DNA of 64,000 bases from Geobacter sp. UBA2189 (GCA_002328035.1 DCVL01000001.1:162-64161); one strand, 5' to 3'. Shown: positions 1 through 12,293, numbered from the stretch's first letter. Made by a program: numbers and translations. Notes: generated from the letters alone by a model not told the origin.

Positions 1-92
1 CCAAAAACAAAAAGATAACTCCCCAAAAATTGGAGTTTAGTAAGTATTGCCGCTTTTGTCGTAAGCATACACCCCACAAGGAAACGAAGTAG
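1..92 (+). CDS. rpmG: 50S ribosomal protein L33, 3' end only (5' end outside window)
   Basis: Frame 3 reads KNKKITPQKLEFSKYCRFCRKHTPHKETK* (TAG 90-92). It has the CxxC and basic tail of Zn-type L33 and sits in the conserved position upstream of tRNA-Trp-secE-nusG. It is truncated, so it is absent from the ORF track. Confidence 0.8.
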   Translation, partial: KNKKITPQKLEFSKYCRFCRKHTPHKETK

Positions 93-106
93 GGTAAACG
101 GGTTGC

Positions 107-183
107 AGGCCAGTAGCTCTAACGGCTAGAGCGCCGGTCTCCAAAACCGGATGTTGGGGGTTCGAATCCCTCCTGGCCTGCCA
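107..183 (+). tRNA. trnW: tRNA-Trp (anticodon CCA), 3' CCA encoded
   Basis: Hand-folded cloverleaf: acceptor AGGCCAG/CTGGCCT, D stem GCTC/GAGC, anticodon stem CCGGT/ACCGG with loop CTCCAAA, T arm GGGGG-TTCGAAT-CCCTC. Confidence 0.9.
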
Positions 184-239
184 TTAATTAAAGTAAAGAA
201 ATAAAAATCAGTTGTAGTAAACATGTCAGGAGAGCTTTT

Positions 240-422
240 GTGCTGAATGTTAAGACATTTTTAGAGTCTGTAAAGCTCGAATTAAACAAGGTTACCTGGC
301 CGACAAGGAAGGAAACCGTTGCAACAACTGGTATTGTTTTGCTGATTGTCTTTATAATCTCGATCTATCTTGGTTTGTGCGATCTGATCCTGTCCAAGCT
401 GATACGTTTGGTTTTGGGATAA
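240..422 (+). CDS. secE: Preprotein translocase subunit SecE
   Basis: 60 aa with a GTG start, a KVTWP motif and one C-terminal TM helix (GIVLLIVFIISIYLGLCDLIL). It sits in the conserved slot between tRNA-Trp and nusG. Confidence 0.85.
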   Translation: MLNVKTFLESVKLELNKVTWPTRKETVATTGIVLLIVFIISIYLGLCDLILSKLIRLVLG

Positions 423-435
423 CAGGAATTAAATT

Positions 436-963
436 ATGAGCCAGAAATGGTATGGCGTACATACGTATTCAGGGTACGAAAATAAGGTTCGCCTGAATCT
501 TACAGAACGTATCAAGAATGAAGGTGTTGAAGAGCTTTTTGGCGAGATTCTGATTCCATCGGAAACTGTCGTTGAGCTTAAAAAAGGCGAAAGAAAAACC
601 TCGTCACGCAAATTTTTTCCAGGTTACATCTTGGTTAAAATGGAGCTAAATGATGAAACTTGGCATATCGTTAAAGAAACAGCCAAGGTTACAGGATTTG
701 TCGGCGGAAATACACCCTTCCCGATTCCTGATGAAGAGGTAGGCAAGATCTCCAAAAGAATGGAGGAGGGAGCTGAAAAGCCCAGGCCAAAGATTGAATT
801 TGATGTTGGTGAAACAGTTCGGGTTGTTGACGGTCCATTCCTCAATTTTACCGGTATAGTAGAAGATGTTAAGCCCGACAAAGGCAAATTACGTGTTGCA
901 GTGACAATATTCGGGCGTTCAACACCTGTTGAGCTCGAATTTATGCAGGTTGAAAAATCTTGA
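436..963 (+). CDS. nusG: Transcription termination/antitermination factor NusG
   Basis: 175 aa with an NGN N-terminus (WYGVHTYSGYENKV) and a C-terminal KOW domain (GETVRVVDGPFLNFTGIVEDV). Confidence 0.95.
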   Translation: MSQKWYGVHTYSGYENKVRLNLTERIKNEGVEELFGEILIPSETVVELKKGERKTSSRKFFPGYILVKMELNDETWHIVKETAKVTGFVGGNTPFPIPDEEVGKISKRMEEGAEKPRPKIEFDVGETVRVVDGPFLNFTGIVEDVKPDKGKLRVAVTIFGRSTPVELEFMQVEKS

Positions 964-1013
964 AAATAGCCGTCAGAGTTATTGACGGTATGTAATAAAA
1001 GGAGTGCAATAAA

Positions 1014-1439
1014 ATGGCTAAGAAAATAACCGGATACATTAAACTGCAGATACCTGCAGGAAAAGCAAACCCTTCGCCACCTATTGGGCCTGCTCTTGGT
1101 CAGCATGGTGTTAATATTATGGAGTTTTGTAAAGCTTTTAATGCTAAGACCCAGGCTGATGAAGGTACTATTACACCGGTTGTTATTACGGTATATGCCG
1201 ATAGATCTTTTTCATTCATTACTAAAACTCCTCCTGTGCCGGTTCTGATTAAAAAAACCATAGGTCTTGCGAGCGGTTCGAGCGTACCCAATAAAAATAA
1301 AGTTGGTAAATTGACTAAAGCTCAGGTTGAGGAAATTGCCAGAAAAAAAATGCCTGACTTGAATGCGGCCTCTGTAGAAGCTGCAATGCGAACCGTTGAA
1401 GGAACGGCTCGTTCAATGGGTGTTGATATTGTTGATTAG
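1014..1439 (+). CDS. rplK: 50S ribosomal protein L11
   Basis: Canonical N-terminus [40 protein letters not shown]. Confidence 0.97.
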   Translation: MAKKITGYIKLQIPAGKANPSPPIGPALGQHGVNIMEFCKAFNAKTQADEGTITPVVITVYADRSFSFITKTPPVPVLIKKTIGLASGSSVPNKNKVGKLTKAQVEEIARKKMPDLNAASVEAAMRTVEGTARSMGVDIVD

Positions 1440-1492
1440 TATTGCCCTATACGGCAGATTAAGGAAACAGAGTTAAGCAGGAGAGGACGAAC

Positions 1493-2194
1493 ATGCCAAA
1501 GAGTGCGAAAAAACATAGCGCAGCAATGACCAAAATTGACCGTAATAAATTGTATCCCCTTAAGGCAGCGGTTGAGGTCGTCAAAGATGTGGCATTTGCC
1601 AAATTTGATGAAACTGTTGATGTCGCTGTGAAGTTAGGGGTCGATCCCCGCCATGCAGATCAAATGGTTCGTGGCGCTGTAGTTCTGCCGAATGGTCTGG
1701 GTAAAACAGTCCGTGTTCTCGTTTTTGCCAAGGGTGAAAAGGAGAAGGAAGCTCTTGAGGCCGGAGCTGATTATGTTGGGGCTGAAGATTTGGTTGCAAG
1801 AATACAAGAAGGCTGGTTTGATTTTGACACAGCGATAGCAACACCTGATATGATGGGTGTCGTTGGTAAAATTGGTAAATTACTTGGTCCTCGTGGTTTG
1901 ATGCCCAACCCGAAGGTTGGTACAGTAACCTTTGAGATTGCTAGGGCAGTCAGCGAATCAAAGGCTGGTAAGGTCGAATTTCGTGTTGAAAAAGCTGGTA
2001 TTGTGCATGCTCCTATTGGCAAGGCGTCATTTGAACCGTCAAAGCTTGTAGGTAATCTTGTAGCAATTGTAGAGGCATTGGTTAAGGCAAAACCATCTGC
2101 TGCTAAAGGCACATATATCAAGAAAATATCGCTCTCATCCACGATGGGTCCCGGAATAAATCTAGATATCAGTGATGTAACTGCACATATCTAA
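1493..2194 (+). CDS. rplA: 50S ribosomal protein L1
   Basis: 233 aa of the L1 family ([24 protein letters not shown]), directly following rplK. Confidence 0.97.
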   Translation: MPKSAKKHSAAMTKIDRNKLYPLKAAVEVVKDVAFAKFDETVDVAVKLGVDPRHADQMVRGAVVLPNGLGKTVRVLVFAKGEKEKEALEAGADYVGAEDLVARIQEGWFDFDTAIATPDMMGVVGKIGKLLGPRGLMPNPKVGTVTFEIARAVSESKAGKVEFRVEKAGIVHAPIGKASFEPSKLVGNLVAIVEALVKAKPSAAKGTYIKKISLSSTMGPGINLDISDVTAHI

Positions 2195-2355
2195 TTTTTT
2201 TATTTTATAGCCAAAGTCACAGACAGCAGGTGCTTGTATAGCATAAAGATATTTGATTGTCTCTGCCTGCCGAGACTTGGGTTCACAAGTTTACTTGTGC
2301 TTTCTGACTTTGGCGGGGTTAACTCCCCACAAACCAAAAGAAAGGAGGAAGTGGA
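2195..2355 (+). promoter_or_regulatory. Structured rplJ 5' leader (candidate L10-leader autoregulatory element)
   Basis: 161-nt untranslated gap. A long-range helix GCCAAAGTCA (2210-2219) / TGACTTTGGC (2305-2314) encloses the hairpin CACAAG-TTTA-CTTGTG (2284-2299). A second hairpin, GGGG-TTAACT-CCCC (2315-2328), abuts the RBS. L10-L12 feedback on the rplJ leader is established in other bacteria. Confidence 0.5.
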
Positions 2356-2880
2356 TTGAAACGCACAGACAAGCAGGAACAAGTAACACTGATGCACGAT
2401 AAGCTTAAGCGTGCCAAGGCTGTATTTCTTGCAGATTTTCGTGGAATGAATGTTGACAAGGCTACTGCACTGCGTAATGAACTCCGTTCTGCCAGTGTAG
2501 AGTACAAGGTTTTCAAGAACACCCTGTTTGATATCGCTGCCAAGGAGACTGAGGCAGATTGTTTGGCACCTTATCTTGCAGGCCCTACTGCTGTGGCTCT
2601 ATCGTATGATGATCCTGTCAGCGCTGCAAAGGTGTTGTCTAAATTTTCCAAGGATTCAAAAGGCGTTTTCGTACTGAAGGCCGGAGTTCTGTCTGGTAAG
2701 CTTATTGATGTAAACCAGATACAGGCTCTTGCAGATCTGCCTTCACGTGAAGTATTGCTTGCTAAGATGCTAGGTTCAATGCAAGCACCTGCAACCAATT
2801 TTGTTGGTCTTTTGGCTGCCTTGCCGACTTCACTTGTAAGGGCTCTTGATGCTATAAGAGCTAAAAAAGAAGGCAACTAA
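2356..2880 (+). CDS. rplJ: 50S ribosomal protein L10
   Basis: TTG start 7 nt after AGGAGG; 174 aa of the L10 family; precedes rplL. Confidence 0.95.
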   Translation: MKRTDKQEQVTLMHDKLKRAKAVFLADFRGMNVDKATALRNELRSASVEYKVFKNTLFDIAAKETEADCLAPYLAGPTAVALSYDDPVSAAKVLSKFSKDSKGVFVLKAGVLSGKLIDVNQIQALADLPSREVLLAKMLGSMQAPATNFVGLLAALPTSLVRALDAIRAKKEGN

Positions 2881-2938
2881 GAACACTGCTGGCTAAGATA
2901 TTAAATAGTTAAAATAATTAAAAAATATGGAGGATATC

Positions 2939-3316
2939 ATGGCTGAAATTACCAAAGCTGATGTTATTGCATTTATCGAAAGTATGACTGTTCTTGAGTT
3001 GGCAGAACTTGTTAAGGAGCTGGAAGAAAAGTTTGGTGTTTCTGCTGCAGCCCCTGTCGCTGTTGCAGCTGCTGCCCCTGCTGCTGCTGAAGCCGTTGAA
3101 GAAAAGACAGAGTTTGATGTTATCCTGAAGAGCTCTGGCGCTAACAAGATCAACGTCATCAAGGTGGTACGTACTTTAACCAGCCTAGGGCTCAAGGAAG
3201 CAAAAGATTTGGTTGATGGTGCCCCAAGTCCTGTCAAGACCGGTATATCTAAGGCAGAGGCTGAAGAGGCCAAGAAGCAGTTGGTTGAAGCTGGTGCAGA
3301 AGTAGAAATCAAATAG
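2939..3316 (+). CDS. rplL: 50S ribosomal protein L7/L12
   Basis: ATG 2939 (MAEITKADV), 5 nt after GGAGGA, is preferred over the ORF-track start at 2927. The protein has the Ala-rich hinge [17 protein letters not shown] and the C-terminal [13 protein letters not shown] block. Confidence 0.95.
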   Translation: MAEITKADVIAFIESMTVLELAELVKELEEKFGVSAAAPVAVAAAAPAAAEAVEEKTEFDVILKSSGANKINVIKVVRTLTSLGLKEAKDLVDGAPSPVKTGISKAEAEEAKKQLVEAGAEVEIK

Positions 3317-3339
3317 TTAAGCAGTGCAATATCTGCAGG

Positions 3340-3370
3340 AAGCCAAGGTCGCCTGGTGTGGCCTTGGCTT
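3340..3370 (+). terminator. Hairpin after rplL (candidate partial terminator/attenuator before rpoB)
   Basis: 9-bp stem AAGCCAAGG (3340-3348) / CCTTGGCTT (3362-3370) followed only by a weak T tract (GTCCTGTTTA). A partial terminator at this position is known in E. coli. Confidence 0.4.
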
Positions 3371-3481
3371 GTCCTGTTTAATATAATCCATCTAAAATTA
3401 ACCTATTATAATTTTATATTTATAATAATAGTTTAATTTTAATTCATCTGTTCTTTTACGCTACTTGCCGAAGGAGAAGGT

Positions 3482-6400
3482 ATGGCCTACTCGATCGCCA
3501 ACAACCACCTGCTGCGCAAAAATTTTGCAACTATCAAGAATATCATTGATATCCCTAACCTGATTGACATTCAGAAAAACTCATATCGCCGATTTCTGCA
3601 ATCTGATGTTCCATTGGATTTAAGGAAGAACATAGGTCTTGAGGCTGTTTTCAGGTCAGTATTTCCTATTAAGGATTTCAGTGAATCTTCGTCACTTGAG
3701 TATGTTTCCTATACTTTAAGCAAGCCTAAGTACGATGTGGAGGAGTGTCATCAGCGTGGTATGACATATGCTGCTCCCATGAAGGTCAAGGTTCGTCTTG
3801 TAATATGGGACTCAGGTAAAGAATCAGGAACTCGTGGCGTCAGAGATATAAAGGAGCAGGAGGTCTATTTCGGAGAAATACCGCTGATGACTGAAAATGG
3901 CACCTTTATTATTAATGGCACTGAACGTGTTATTGTTAGCCAGTTGCACCGTTCACCAGGTGTGTTTTTTGATCATGATAAAGGTAAGACCCACTCAAGT
4001 GGCAAGGTTCTGTATTCTGCCAGAGTTATTCCTTATCGTGGTTCTTGGCTTGATTTTGAATTTGACCATAAGGATATTCTGTATGTAAGAATTGACAGGC
4101 GTCGCAAAATGCCTGCTACGGTTCTTTTGAAGGCTCTTGGCTATTCTGTAGAACAGCTATTGAACTACTATTACAAGAGCGAACAGGTATTCATTAACAA
4201 TGGTGAGTTTAGAAAGGGTATTGATCAAGAACTTTTGACAATGCAAAAAGCTGTAACAGATGTTGCTGCCGATACTGGCGAGATTATTGTTAAGGCCAAT
4301 CGCAAGTTTACAAAGGCGTCAATAAAGAAGCTGCTGGAACATGGTATAAAAACTATTCCGACAACTGCAGAAACACTTGTTGGACGATATGCGTCATCCG
4401 ATGTGATAGATCCTGTTACCGGTGAGATTCTGCTTGAATGTAATCAAGAACTTACAACTGAAAAACTTGATGAGTTGCGTTTAAAGGGTGTCGCGTCATT
4501 TAATCTTTTATACATAGATGGTCTCAATGTTACTTCATCCTTCCGTGACACACTTCTTGCTGATAAGGTTGCTGGTACTGACGAAGGTTTAATTGAAATC
4601 TACCGTCGTTTGCGGCCGGGCGATCCTCCAACCTTAAAAAGTTCATTGGCTCTTTTTGATAACCTCTTTTTTAACCCTGAGCGCTACGATTTGTCTGCTG
4701 TTGGACGACTTAAGCTTAACTTTAAACTTAATTTAAAGGTATGGCCTGATTGTATGGTTCTAAATGGCCCTACAATGATTACGGCTGATGAATTACAGCA
4801 GGCTGGTAAACTTGTAGATAATCTGATTAATGGAAGTCGCCTGATTGATCAGGCTGTTCGTGAACGCCTTTCTGTGGAGTTAATAAAGGCACTTAAAAAG
4901 CTTGACCTTAAGCAGCCTGTTCCAAGAGCCCAGCTTGAGCAACTCGCGGATGAGCTGAATAATCTCCTTTCGTCACAAGATTTTTTTAGCCGTGACTTGA
5001 TTACGCAACTTGGACCAAACCCGACCCTAGTCAAATTGACAGAGTTGATAGAGCTTGGAGGCTACGATGAGAACCGTCGTAGAATCGAAGCTTTAAGACG
5101 TAATCGCATGCTGCTTGAAACCGCATATTCAGAAAGTATTTTTGCTTCAGAAAAAAATGATATTCTTGAAATAGTTCGTTATCTGATTGAATTGAAAAAT
5201 GGTCGCGGCAATATAGATGATATTGATCATCTTGGTAATCGTCGTGTTCGTGCAGTTGGTGAGCTGCTTGAGAATCAGTACAGAATTGGTCTCGTCAGGA
5301 TGGAGCGGGCAATTAAGGAGAGAATGTCGCTTCAGGAAGTAGAGAACCTGATGCCTCATGACCTGATAAACTCCAAGCCAGTTTCTGCAGTAGTTAAGGA
5401 GTTCTTTGGTTCTTCGCAGTTGTCCCAGTTTATGGATCAGACAAACCCGCTTTCAGAGGTGACACACAAGCGCCGTTTGTCTGCCCTCGGACCAGGTGGT
5501 CTGACGAGAGAGCGTGCCGGATTTGAAGTCCGTGACGTACATCCTACTCACTATGGGCGTGTTTGTCCTATTGAAACGCCTGAAGGTCCTAATATCGGTC
5601 TTATAGCCTCACTTTCTACATATGCGCGGATCAACGAGCATGGCTTTGTTGAAACACCTTACCGACTTGTACATGAAGGCCAGGTAAGCACGGATGTGAA
5701 ATTTTTCTCTGCACTGGAAGAAGAAGGGCATGCCATTGCACAGGCCAATGCACAGATGGATAAGAATGATCGTCTGGTTAATGAGTATGTAACTGCTCGT
5801 AAAAGTGGTGAGTATGTGCTTGTTAACCGAGATGAAATAGAGCTGATGGAAGTTGCACCAAAACAGCTGGTTTCAGTTGCCGCAGCTCTTATTCCATTCC
5901 TTGAAAATGACGATGCAAACCGCGCTCTGATGGGGTCAAACATGCAGCGTCAGGCAGTGCCTCTGCTGCGCGCAGATTCACCTCTTGTCGGTACTGGTAT
6001 GGAACGGATAGTCGCCAAAGACTCTGGTGTTTCAGTGATTGCTCGTCATAATGGAGTTGTTGATGCCGTTGACGCCAGTAGGATTGTAGTAAAGATTGAT
6101 GAAGAGGAATATGACGAAGCCGGAACTGGTGTTGACATATATAACCTGGTCAAGTTTTCAAGATCCAACCAGAACACCTGTATTAATCAAAAACCTGTTG
6201 TAAAAGTTGGTGATAAGGTTAATCGCGGGGCAATTATTGCCGATGGACCTTCTACAGACATGGGAGAGCTGGCTCTTGGCCAGAACGTTGTAGTAGCCTT
6301 TATGCCATGGGGTGGATATAACTTTGAGGATTCCATACTTGTTTCAGAAAGACTTACCAAGGATGATCGCTATACATCCATCCATATTGAGGAGTTTGAG

Positions 6401-7975
6401 TGTGTAGCGCGTGATACCAAGCTTGGTAAAGAGGAGATTACCGCTGATATACCTAATCTTGGTGATGAAGCCCTTAAGGATCTCGATGAATCGGGCATTA
6501 TTAGAATAGGTGCTGAGGTAAAACCTGCTGATATTCTAGTAGGAAAGATCACCCCTAAAGGAGAAACCCAGCTTTCACCTGAGGAAAAGCTACTCAGGGC
6601 TATATTTGGAGAAAAAGCCGGTGATGTACGTGACACATCCTTGACCGTACCACCTGGAGTTGAGGGTACCGTTATTGGAGCCAAGGTCTTCTCCCGAAAG
6701 GGAAATGATAAGGATGCCCGTACAGAACTTATAGAAAAGATGGAAGAAGAGAAGCTTCGTAAAGATGAACAGGACGAGATCCGGATTATTCGTGATTCTG
6801 CAAGAGGCAAGCTGAAACGTCTTTTAGTAGGTAAAACTTCTGCAGCCAAGGTTGAAGACAGGCAGGGTATATTGGTTTTGACCAAAGGCAAGAGGATCAC
6901 TGAGGAGCTGCTTGAATCTCTGACTATGGATAGATGGTCTACTATTTCTGTTACTGAAGGTGTAGATGTCGAAGAAAAGGTTGCCGAGGTTCTGTTTAAA
7001 CTGAATGAGCAGGTAGAGCTGATTCACGGTGTATTTGAAGACAAAATACAAAAGCTGCGCCGTGGCGATGATCTACCTCCTGGTGTGATTAAGATGGTAA
7101 AGGTTTATGTTGCAATCAAGCGTAAACTACAAGTTGGTGACAAGATGGCCGGACGTCACGGCAACAAGGGTGTTGTCTCCCGTATCCTCCCTGAAGAGGA
7201 TATGCCCTATATGGATGACGGACGTCCTGTAGAGATAGTATTAAACCCACTTGGAGTGCCTTCCCGTATGAACGTAGGGCAGATCCTTGAAACACACCTC
7301 GGCTGGGCTGCTAAAGGGCTTGGCTGGAAGATCCAGAAGATGCTGGAAGAACATACTTCAGAGGAAAACCTTAAAAAATTCATCTCTGAGATCTATGAAA
7401 ACAGGGATTTTGACAAGATTCTGGACAAGATGAGCAGGGATGAACTTCTACTGGTAGCCAGGCGCCTCTGTCGAGGTATACCGATGGCATCACCGGTCTT
7501 TGAAGGTGCCGGAGAAGCCAGGATAAAAGCTTTGCTGACCAAGGCAGGTTTTGCTACTAATGGTCAGGTAACCCTCTTTGATGGTCGAACTGGTGAACCG
7601 TTCAAGCATAAAGTAACGGTTGGTGTCATGTATGTACTTAAATTGCACCACTTGGTTGATGACAAGATTCATGCCCGTTCAATCGGCCCATACTCTCTGG
7701 TAACCCAGCAGCCTCTCGGCGGTAAGGCTCAGTTTGGTGGTCAGCGTCTGGGTGAGATGGAGGTGTGGGCAATGGAGGCATATGGTTGTTCGTACGCCTT
7801 GCAGGAATTCCTTACTGTTAAATCGGATGATGTATCCGGTCGTACGCGAATGTACGAGGCAATAGTAAAGGGCAAGCACACCCTTGAACCGGGTCTGCCG
7901 GAATCCTTTAATGTACTTATTAAGGAACTTCAGTCGCTCTGCCTTGATGTTGAGTTGCTTGAAGGGGATGAATGA
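3482..7975 (+). CDS. rpoB: DNA-directed RNA polymerase beta subunit (1497 aa, with a lineage-specific insertion)
   Basis: Contains [36 protein letters not shown] and [12 protein letters not shown]. The RBS GGAGAAGG lies upstream. Confidence 0.98.
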   Translation: MAYSIANNHLLRKNFATIKNIIDIPNLIDIQKNSYRRFLQSDVPLDLRKNIGLEAVFRSVFPIKDFSESSSLEYVSYTLSKPKYDVEECHQRGMTYAAPMKVKVRLVIWDSGKESGTRGVRDIKEQEVYFGEIPLMTENGTFIINGTERVIVSQLHRSPGVFFDHDKGKTHSSGKVLYSARVIPYRGSWLDFEFDHKDILYVRIDRRRKMPATVLLKALGYSVEQLLNYYYKSEQVFINNGEFRKGIDQELLTMQKAVTDVAADTGEIIVKANRKFTKASIKKLLEHGIKTIPTTAETLVGRYASSDVIDPVTGEILLECNQELTTEKLDELRLKGVASFNLLYIDGLNVTSSFRDTLLADKVAGTDEGLIEIYRRLRPGDPPTLKSSLALFDNLFFNPERYDLSAVGRLKLNFKLNLKVWPDCMVLNGPTMITADELQQAGKLVDNLINGSRLIDQAVRERLSVELIKALKKLDLKQPVPRAQLEQLADELNNLLSSQDFFSRDLITQLGPNPTLVKLTELIELGGYDENRRRIEALRRNRMLLETAYSESIFASEKNDILEIVRYLIELKNGRGNIDDIDHLGNRRVRAVGELLENQYRIGLVRMERAIKERMSLQEVENLMPHDLINSKPVSAVVKEFFGSSQLSQFMDQTNPLSEVTHKRRLSALGPGGLTRERAGFEVRDVHPTHYGRVCPIETPEGPNIGLIASLSTYARINEHGFVETPYRLVHEGQVSTDVKFFSALEEEGHAIAQANAQMDKNDRLVNEYVTARKSGEYVLVNRDEIELMEVAPKQLVSVAAALIPFLENDDANRALMGSNMQRQAVPLLRADSPLVGTGMERIVAKDSGVSVIARHNGVVDAVDASRIVVKIDEEEYDEAGTGVDIYNLVKFSRSNQNTCINQKPVVKVGDKVNRGAIIADGPSTDMGELALGQNVVVAFMPWGGYNFEDSILVSERLTKDDRYTSIHIEEFECVARDTKLGKEEITADIPNLGDEALKDLDESGIIRIGAEVKPADILVGKITPKGETQLSPEEKLLRAIFGEKAGDVRDTSLTVPPGVEGTVIGAKVFSRKGNDKDARTELIEKMEEEKLRKDEQDEIRIIRDSARGKLKRLLVGKTSAAKVEDRQGILVLTKGKRITEELLESLTMDRWSTISVTEGVDVEEKVAEVLFKLNEQVELIHGVFEDKIQKLRRGDDLPPGVIKMVKVYVAIKRKLQVGDKMAGRHGNKGVVSRILPEEDMPYMDDGRPVEIVLNPLGVPSRMNVGQILETHLGWAAKGLGWKIQKMLEEHTSEENLKKFISEIYENRDFDKILDKMSRDELLLVARRLCRGIPMASPVFEGAGEARIKALLTKAGFATNGQVTLFDGRTGEPFKHKVTVGVMYVLKLHHLVDDKIHARSIGPYSLVTQQPLGGKAQFGGQRLGEMEVWAMEAYGCSYALQEFLTVKSDDVSGRTRMYEAIVKGKHTLEPGLPESFNVLIKELQSLCLDVELLEGDE

Positions 7976-8055
7976 TATAGTGCGGCTTGATTTAGCCGCT
8001 GTTGTGAACCAGTCCGGTTCACTATGATGATTGAGACTATACTGGAGGATAAACC

Positions 8056-11000
8056 GTGGAAGATTATTTCACAGGAAGCTTCTTCGATAAACCTAAAGAT
8101 CCCCTGCATTTTTCTGCTATTCGCATATCGATCTCCTCACCGGAGAAGATTCGCGAGCGTTCGTTTGGTGAGGTAAAGAAGCCGGAGACTATTAACTACC
8201 GTACCTTCAAGCCGGAAAGGGATGGGCTTTTCTGTGCTAGGATCTTTGGGCCTACAAAAGATTATGAGTGTAACTGTGGTAAATACAAGCGGATGAAACA
8301 TCGCGGAATAATCTGCGAAAAATGCGGAGTTGAGGTTATTCCTTCAAAGGTGCGCCGTGAGAGGCTGGGGCATATTGATCTTGCAACACCTGTAGCGCAT
8401 ATCTGGTTCCTTAAGTCATTGCCTTCAAGAATTGGAAATCTGCTTGATATAACCCTGAAGGATCTCGAAAGGGTGCTCTATTTTGAGGCCTTTGTAATAA
8501 CAGATCCTGGCACGACTCCGATGAAGTTTTGTGAAGTGTTGTCAGAGGATAAATTCCTCAAGGCCAAAGAAGAATATGGTGTTGATGCGTTTGAAGGCGG
8601 AATGGGAGCTGAAGCTATCAGAATCTGCCTTAAAGCACTTGAACTTGATGAACTTTCTGTCCAGTTAAGAATGGAGATGATGGAATCAACAAGCGAAGCC
8701 AAACGCAAGAAGGTGGCTAAGCGTCTGAAGGTTGTTGAGGCATTCAAAAATTCCGGAAACAAGCCGGAATGGATGATCCTGGAGTGCATTCCGGTTCTGC
8801 CACCGGAACTTCGTCCACTTGTACCGCTTGATGGTGGCCGTTTTGCTACATCTGACCTTAATGACCTTTACCGTCGAGTAATTAACCGTAACAACAGACT
8901 CAAACGGCTTTGCGAATTGCAGGCTCCCGAAGTCATCATCCGAAATGAAAAGAGGATGTTGCAGGAGGCTGTTGATGCCCTCTTTGATAACGGTCGTCGT
9001 GGTAGAGCTATTGCAGGACCCAATAAACGCCCGTTAAAGTCCCTGTCAGATATGCTGAAGGGCAAATCTGGACGCTTTCGCCAGAACCTTCTTGGAAAAC
9101 GTGTAGATTACTCAGGTCGTTCCGTTATTGTTGTTGGTCCTGAACTGAAGCTTCACCAGTGTGGACTTCCTAAAAAGATGGCATTGGAGCTGTTCAAGCC
9201 TTTTATATACAACAAGCTAGAAGAACGTGGTTACGTTACAACTATAAAAAGTGCCAAAAAAATGGTTGAGAAAGAAAAACCGGAGGTATGGGACGTTCTT
9301 GAAGAGGTTATCCGTGAGCACCCGGTGATGCTTAACCGTGCGCCGACCTTGCACCGTCTTGGTATACAGGCGTTTGAACCGGTTTTGATCGAAGGCAAGG
9401 CCATTCAGTTGCACCCTTTGGTTTGTACAGCCTTCAACGCCGACTTTGACGGTGACCAGATGGCTGTTCACCTGCCGCTCTCAATTGAAAGCCAGGTGGA
9501 GACAAGGGTTCTTATGATGTCAACCAACAACATACTATCTCCTGCTCACGGCAAGCCAATTATCGTTCCTTCACAGGATATGGTTCTTGGTACCTATTAT
9601 ATGACAAGAGAGCGTCTTGGAGCCAAAGGTGAAAGGATGATTTTCGGATCTCCTGAAGAGGTTCGGATTGCATTTGACCATGGTGAAGTTGATATGCAGG
9701 CTAAAGTCAGGGTTCGGATGGTGGATTGTCCAGCTAATAACACTGAAAAGCCTCAACTTGTCGATACCACAGTTGGCAGGATTATCCTTAGAGAGGTTTT
9801 GCCGCCACAGGTTCCTTTTTCTGCAGTAAACAAGGTTATGAACAAAAAAGAACTCTCTAACCTGATAGATACCTGTTACCGTCTGGCTGGCAACAAAGAG
9901 ACAGTTATCCTTGCAGACCGTCTGAAAGAGACAGGCTTCCGATATGCCAATCTTGCCGGTATATCTATCTGCATTGATGATATGGTTATTCCTGAAGGGA
10001 AACAGGCTATTATCAATAAGGCGGACGAAGAGGTTCAGGAGATACAGAACCAGTACACTGAAGGCCTGATAACAGATGGCGAGCGCTACAACAAGGTTAT
10101 CGATATCTGGGCAAAGGCTACAGAAGAGATAGCAAAAGAGATGCTGGGTAACCTCTCCAAGGAGATTGTTAAGGATAGTGATGGAAATGATGTTGAAATT
10201 CCATCTTTTAACGCTATCCATATGATGGCTGATTCTGGTGCTCGGGGATCTGCACAGCAGATTCGTCAGTTAGCCGGTATGAGGGGTTTGATGGCCAAAC
10301 CATCAGGGGAGATTATTGAAACTCCAATCACTGCAAACTTTCGTGAAGGTCTTACCGTGCTACAGTATTTTATCTCAACACACGGAGCAAGAAAAGGTTT
10401 GGCGGATACAGCACTAAAAACGGCAAACTCTGGTTATCTTACACGGCGTCTCGTAGATGTAGCTCAGGATGCTATTATTACAGAAGACGACTGTGGTACG
10501 CTTGATGGTCTTACAGTAACCTCACTGACAGAAGGTGGAGAGGTAATTGAGCATATTGGTGACCGTATTCTGGGCAGGGTTGCCCTCGACGATATACTTG
10601 ACCCGGTTACAGGCGAGATTTTGGTTGAGGCAAACCAGGAGATTGATGAAACACTGGTTAACAAAATAGAGGATGCAGGCATTGAGAAGGTCAAGATACG
10701 TTCTGTTCTGACCTGCCAGAGCAAACGTGGTATCTGCGCCAAGTGCTATGGTCGAGACCTTGCGCGTGGTCATATTGTAAATATGGGCGAAGCTGTTGGT
10801 GTTATTGCGGCTCAGTCCATTGGTGAGCCAGGAACGCAGTTGACAATGCGTACTTTCCATATTGGTGGTACCGCTTCCAGAGCCGCAGAACAGACATCTC
10901 TTGAGGCGCGTTATGAAGGGCAGGTCAGATATGTTAACCTGCACACTGTTGTCAACGCCGAAGGTTTCCATATTGTAATGAATCGTAATGGTGAAATCGT

Positions 11001-12210
11001 TGTAGTTGATGAAACCGGTCGTGAACGTGAGCGTCATGGCGTTATGTATGGTGCGAAGCTGAAGATTGGACCTGAAGGAACCGTGAAGAGCGGAGAAATC
11101 CTTGCAGAATGGGATCCATATACAATGCCGATCCTGACAGAGTTTTCAGGTAAGGTGAGATTTGGCGATATAATCGAAGGCACAACGATGGAGGAGAAGC
11201 TGGATGAAGTTACCGGACTATCCAGGAAAGAGATTGTTGAAACTAAGGATTCCGACAAACGTCCTCGTATTGCGATAAAAGATACCGGAGAGGCCGGCGG
11301 AACCATAGGCCGTTACTACCTGCCAGTAGGTTCAATCATAAATGTTATTGAAGACACCATGGTTTATGCTGGTGATATTATAGCCAAGATACCTCGTGAA
11401 ACCACAAAGACAAAGGATATTACGGGTGGTCTGCCAAGGGTTGCCGAGCTCTTTGAAGCCCGTAAGCCTAAAGATTTTGCCGTTATTACTGAAATTGACG
11501 GCAAGGTAAATTTTGGAAAGGATTCAAAGGGCAAACGAAAAGTAATTGTTACCCCAGAGCTTGGTGAACCTAAGGAATATCTGATTCCAAAAGGGAAGCA
11601 TATAAGCGTTCACGAAGGAGATTATGTCAGGGCGGGCGAGCCCCTGATGGATGGTTCATCAAACCCCCACGACATTCTTCGGGTTCTTGGTGTTAAAGAA
11701 CTTGCCAAATACCTTGTAGACGAAGTGCAGGAAGTTTACCGTCTCCAGGGAGTTAAGATAAATGACAAGCATATTGAGGTTATTGTTCGACAGATGCTGA
11801 GGCGGGTTAGAATCAAGGATGTTGGAGATACAAATTTGCTTATTGATGACCAGGTTGAGCGTTACATATTTGAAGAAGAGAATGCCAAGGTCTTTGATGA
11901 AGGCAAGAGGGCTGCAACTGCCGAACCCTTGCTCCTTGGTATTACTAAAGCCTCATTATCAACAGAGTCATTTATATCGGCTGCATCCTTTCAGGAGACA
12001 ACAAAGGTTCTTACTCAAGCAGCTATTGAAGGAAAGATAGATTACTTGAGAGGTCTTAAAGAGAACGTTATTATGGGACGACTGATTCCTGCAGGAACCG
12101 GTATTCCAAGATACCGTCATCTCAGGCTTCATGCAGAGGAGCAAATGTCTGAAACTGCTTCTAATCAGAGAGACGAAACAAATTCGGACTCGGAACTACA
12201 AGCAGCATAA
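8056..12210 (+). CDS. rpoC: DNA-directed RNA polymerase beta' subunit
   Basis: GTG start after GGAGG; Zn finger [20 protein letters not shown]; catalytic motif [12 protein letters not shown]; 1384 aa. Confidence 0.98.
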   Translation: MEDYFTGSFFDKPKDPLHFSAIRISISSPEKIRERSFGEVKKPETINYRTFKPERDGLFCARIFGPTKDYECNCGKYKRMKHRGIICEKCGVEVIPSKVRRERLGHIDLATPVAHIWFLKSLPSRIGNLLDITLKDLERVLYFEAFVITDPGTTPMKFCEVLSEDKFLKAKEEYGVDAFEGGMGAEAIRICLKALELDELSVQLRMEMMESTSEAKRKKVAKRLKVVEAFKNSGNKPEWMILECIPVLPPELRPLVPLDGGRFATSDLNDLYRRVINRNNRLKRLCELQAPEVIIRNEKRMLQEAVDALFDNGRRGRAIAGPNKRPLKSLSDMLKGKSGRFRQNLLGKRVDYSGRSVIVVGPELKLHQCGLPKKMALELFKPFIYNKLEERGYVTTIKSAKKMVEKEKPEVWDVLEEVIREHPVMLNRAPTLHRLGIQAFEPVLIEGKAIQLHPLVCTAFNADFDGDQMAVHLPLSIESQVETRVLMMSTNNILSPAHGKPIIVPSQDMVLGTYYMTRERLGAKGERMIFGSPEEVRIAFDHGEVDMQAKVRVRMVDCPANNTEKPQLVDTTVGRIILREVLPPQVPFSAVNKVMNKKELSNLIDTCYRLAGNKETVILADRLKETGFRYANLAGISICIDDMVIPEGKQAIINKADEEVQEIQNQYTEGLITDGERYNKVIDIWAKATEEIAKEMLGNLSKEIVKDSDGNDVEIPSFNAIHMMADSGARGSAQQIRQLAGMRGLMAKPSGEIIETPITANFREGLTVLQYFISTHGARKGLADTALKTANSGYLTRRLVDVAQDAIITEDDCGTLDGLTVTSLTEGGEVIEHIGDRILGRVALDDILDPVTGEILVEANQEIDETLVNKIEDAGIEKVKIRSVLTCQSKRGICAKCYGRDLARGHIVNMGEAVGVIAAQSIGEPGTQLTMRTFHIGGTASRAAEQTSLEARYEGQVRYVNLHTVVNAEGFHIVMNRNGEIVVVDETGRERERHGVMYGAKLKIGPEGTVKSGEILAEWDPYTMPILTEFSGKVRFGDIIEGTTMEEKLDEVTGLSRKEIVETKDSDKRPRIAIKDTGEAGGTIGRYYLPVGSIINVIEDTMVYAGDIIAKIPRETTKTKDITGGLPRVAELFEARKPKDFAVITEIDGKVNFGKDSKGKRKVIVTPELGEPKEYLIPKGKHISVHEGDYVRAGEPLMDGSSNPHDILRVLGVKELAKYLVDEVQEVYRLQGVKINDKHIEVIVRQMLRRVRIKDVGDTNLLIDDQVERYIFEEENAKVFDEGKRAATAEPLLLGITKASLSTESFISAASFQETTKVLTQAAIEGKIDYLRGLKENVIMGRLIPAGTGIPRYRHLRLHAEEQMSETASNQRDETNSDSELQAA

Positions 12211-12222
12211 CAGCTTATCCTT

Positions 12223-12257
12223 GAGTGTGGGGGGGTAGCACTCCCCACATTTTTTTA
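12223..12257 (+). terminator. Rho-independent terminator of rpoC
   Basis: Stem TGTGGGG (12226-12232) / CCCCACA (12243-12249) followed by a T7 run (12250-12256), 13 nt after the rpoC stop. Confidence 0.75.
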
Positions 12258-12264
12258 AAAAGAT

Positions 12265-12293
12265 TAAAAAAGATTTGACAAGAACTTTTACTA
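12265..12293 (+). promoter_or_regulatory. Sigma70-like promoter P1 in the rpoC-rpsL spacer
   Basis: TTGACA (12265-12270), 17-nt spacer, TATAAG (12288-12293). It lies about 290 nt upstream of the rpsL ATG. Confidence 0.4.

Noticed and set aside
624-12040. Many long ORFs antisense to or out of frame with nusG, rplK, rplA, rplJ, rplL, rpoB and rpoC (for example 624-1106 -, 6370-6900 -, 9571-10221 -, 10522-11037 -).
   Set aside because: They lie entirely inside strongly supported conserved genes and have no RBS. Their low-complexity or Ser/Leu/Arg-rich translations are typical of shadow frames.
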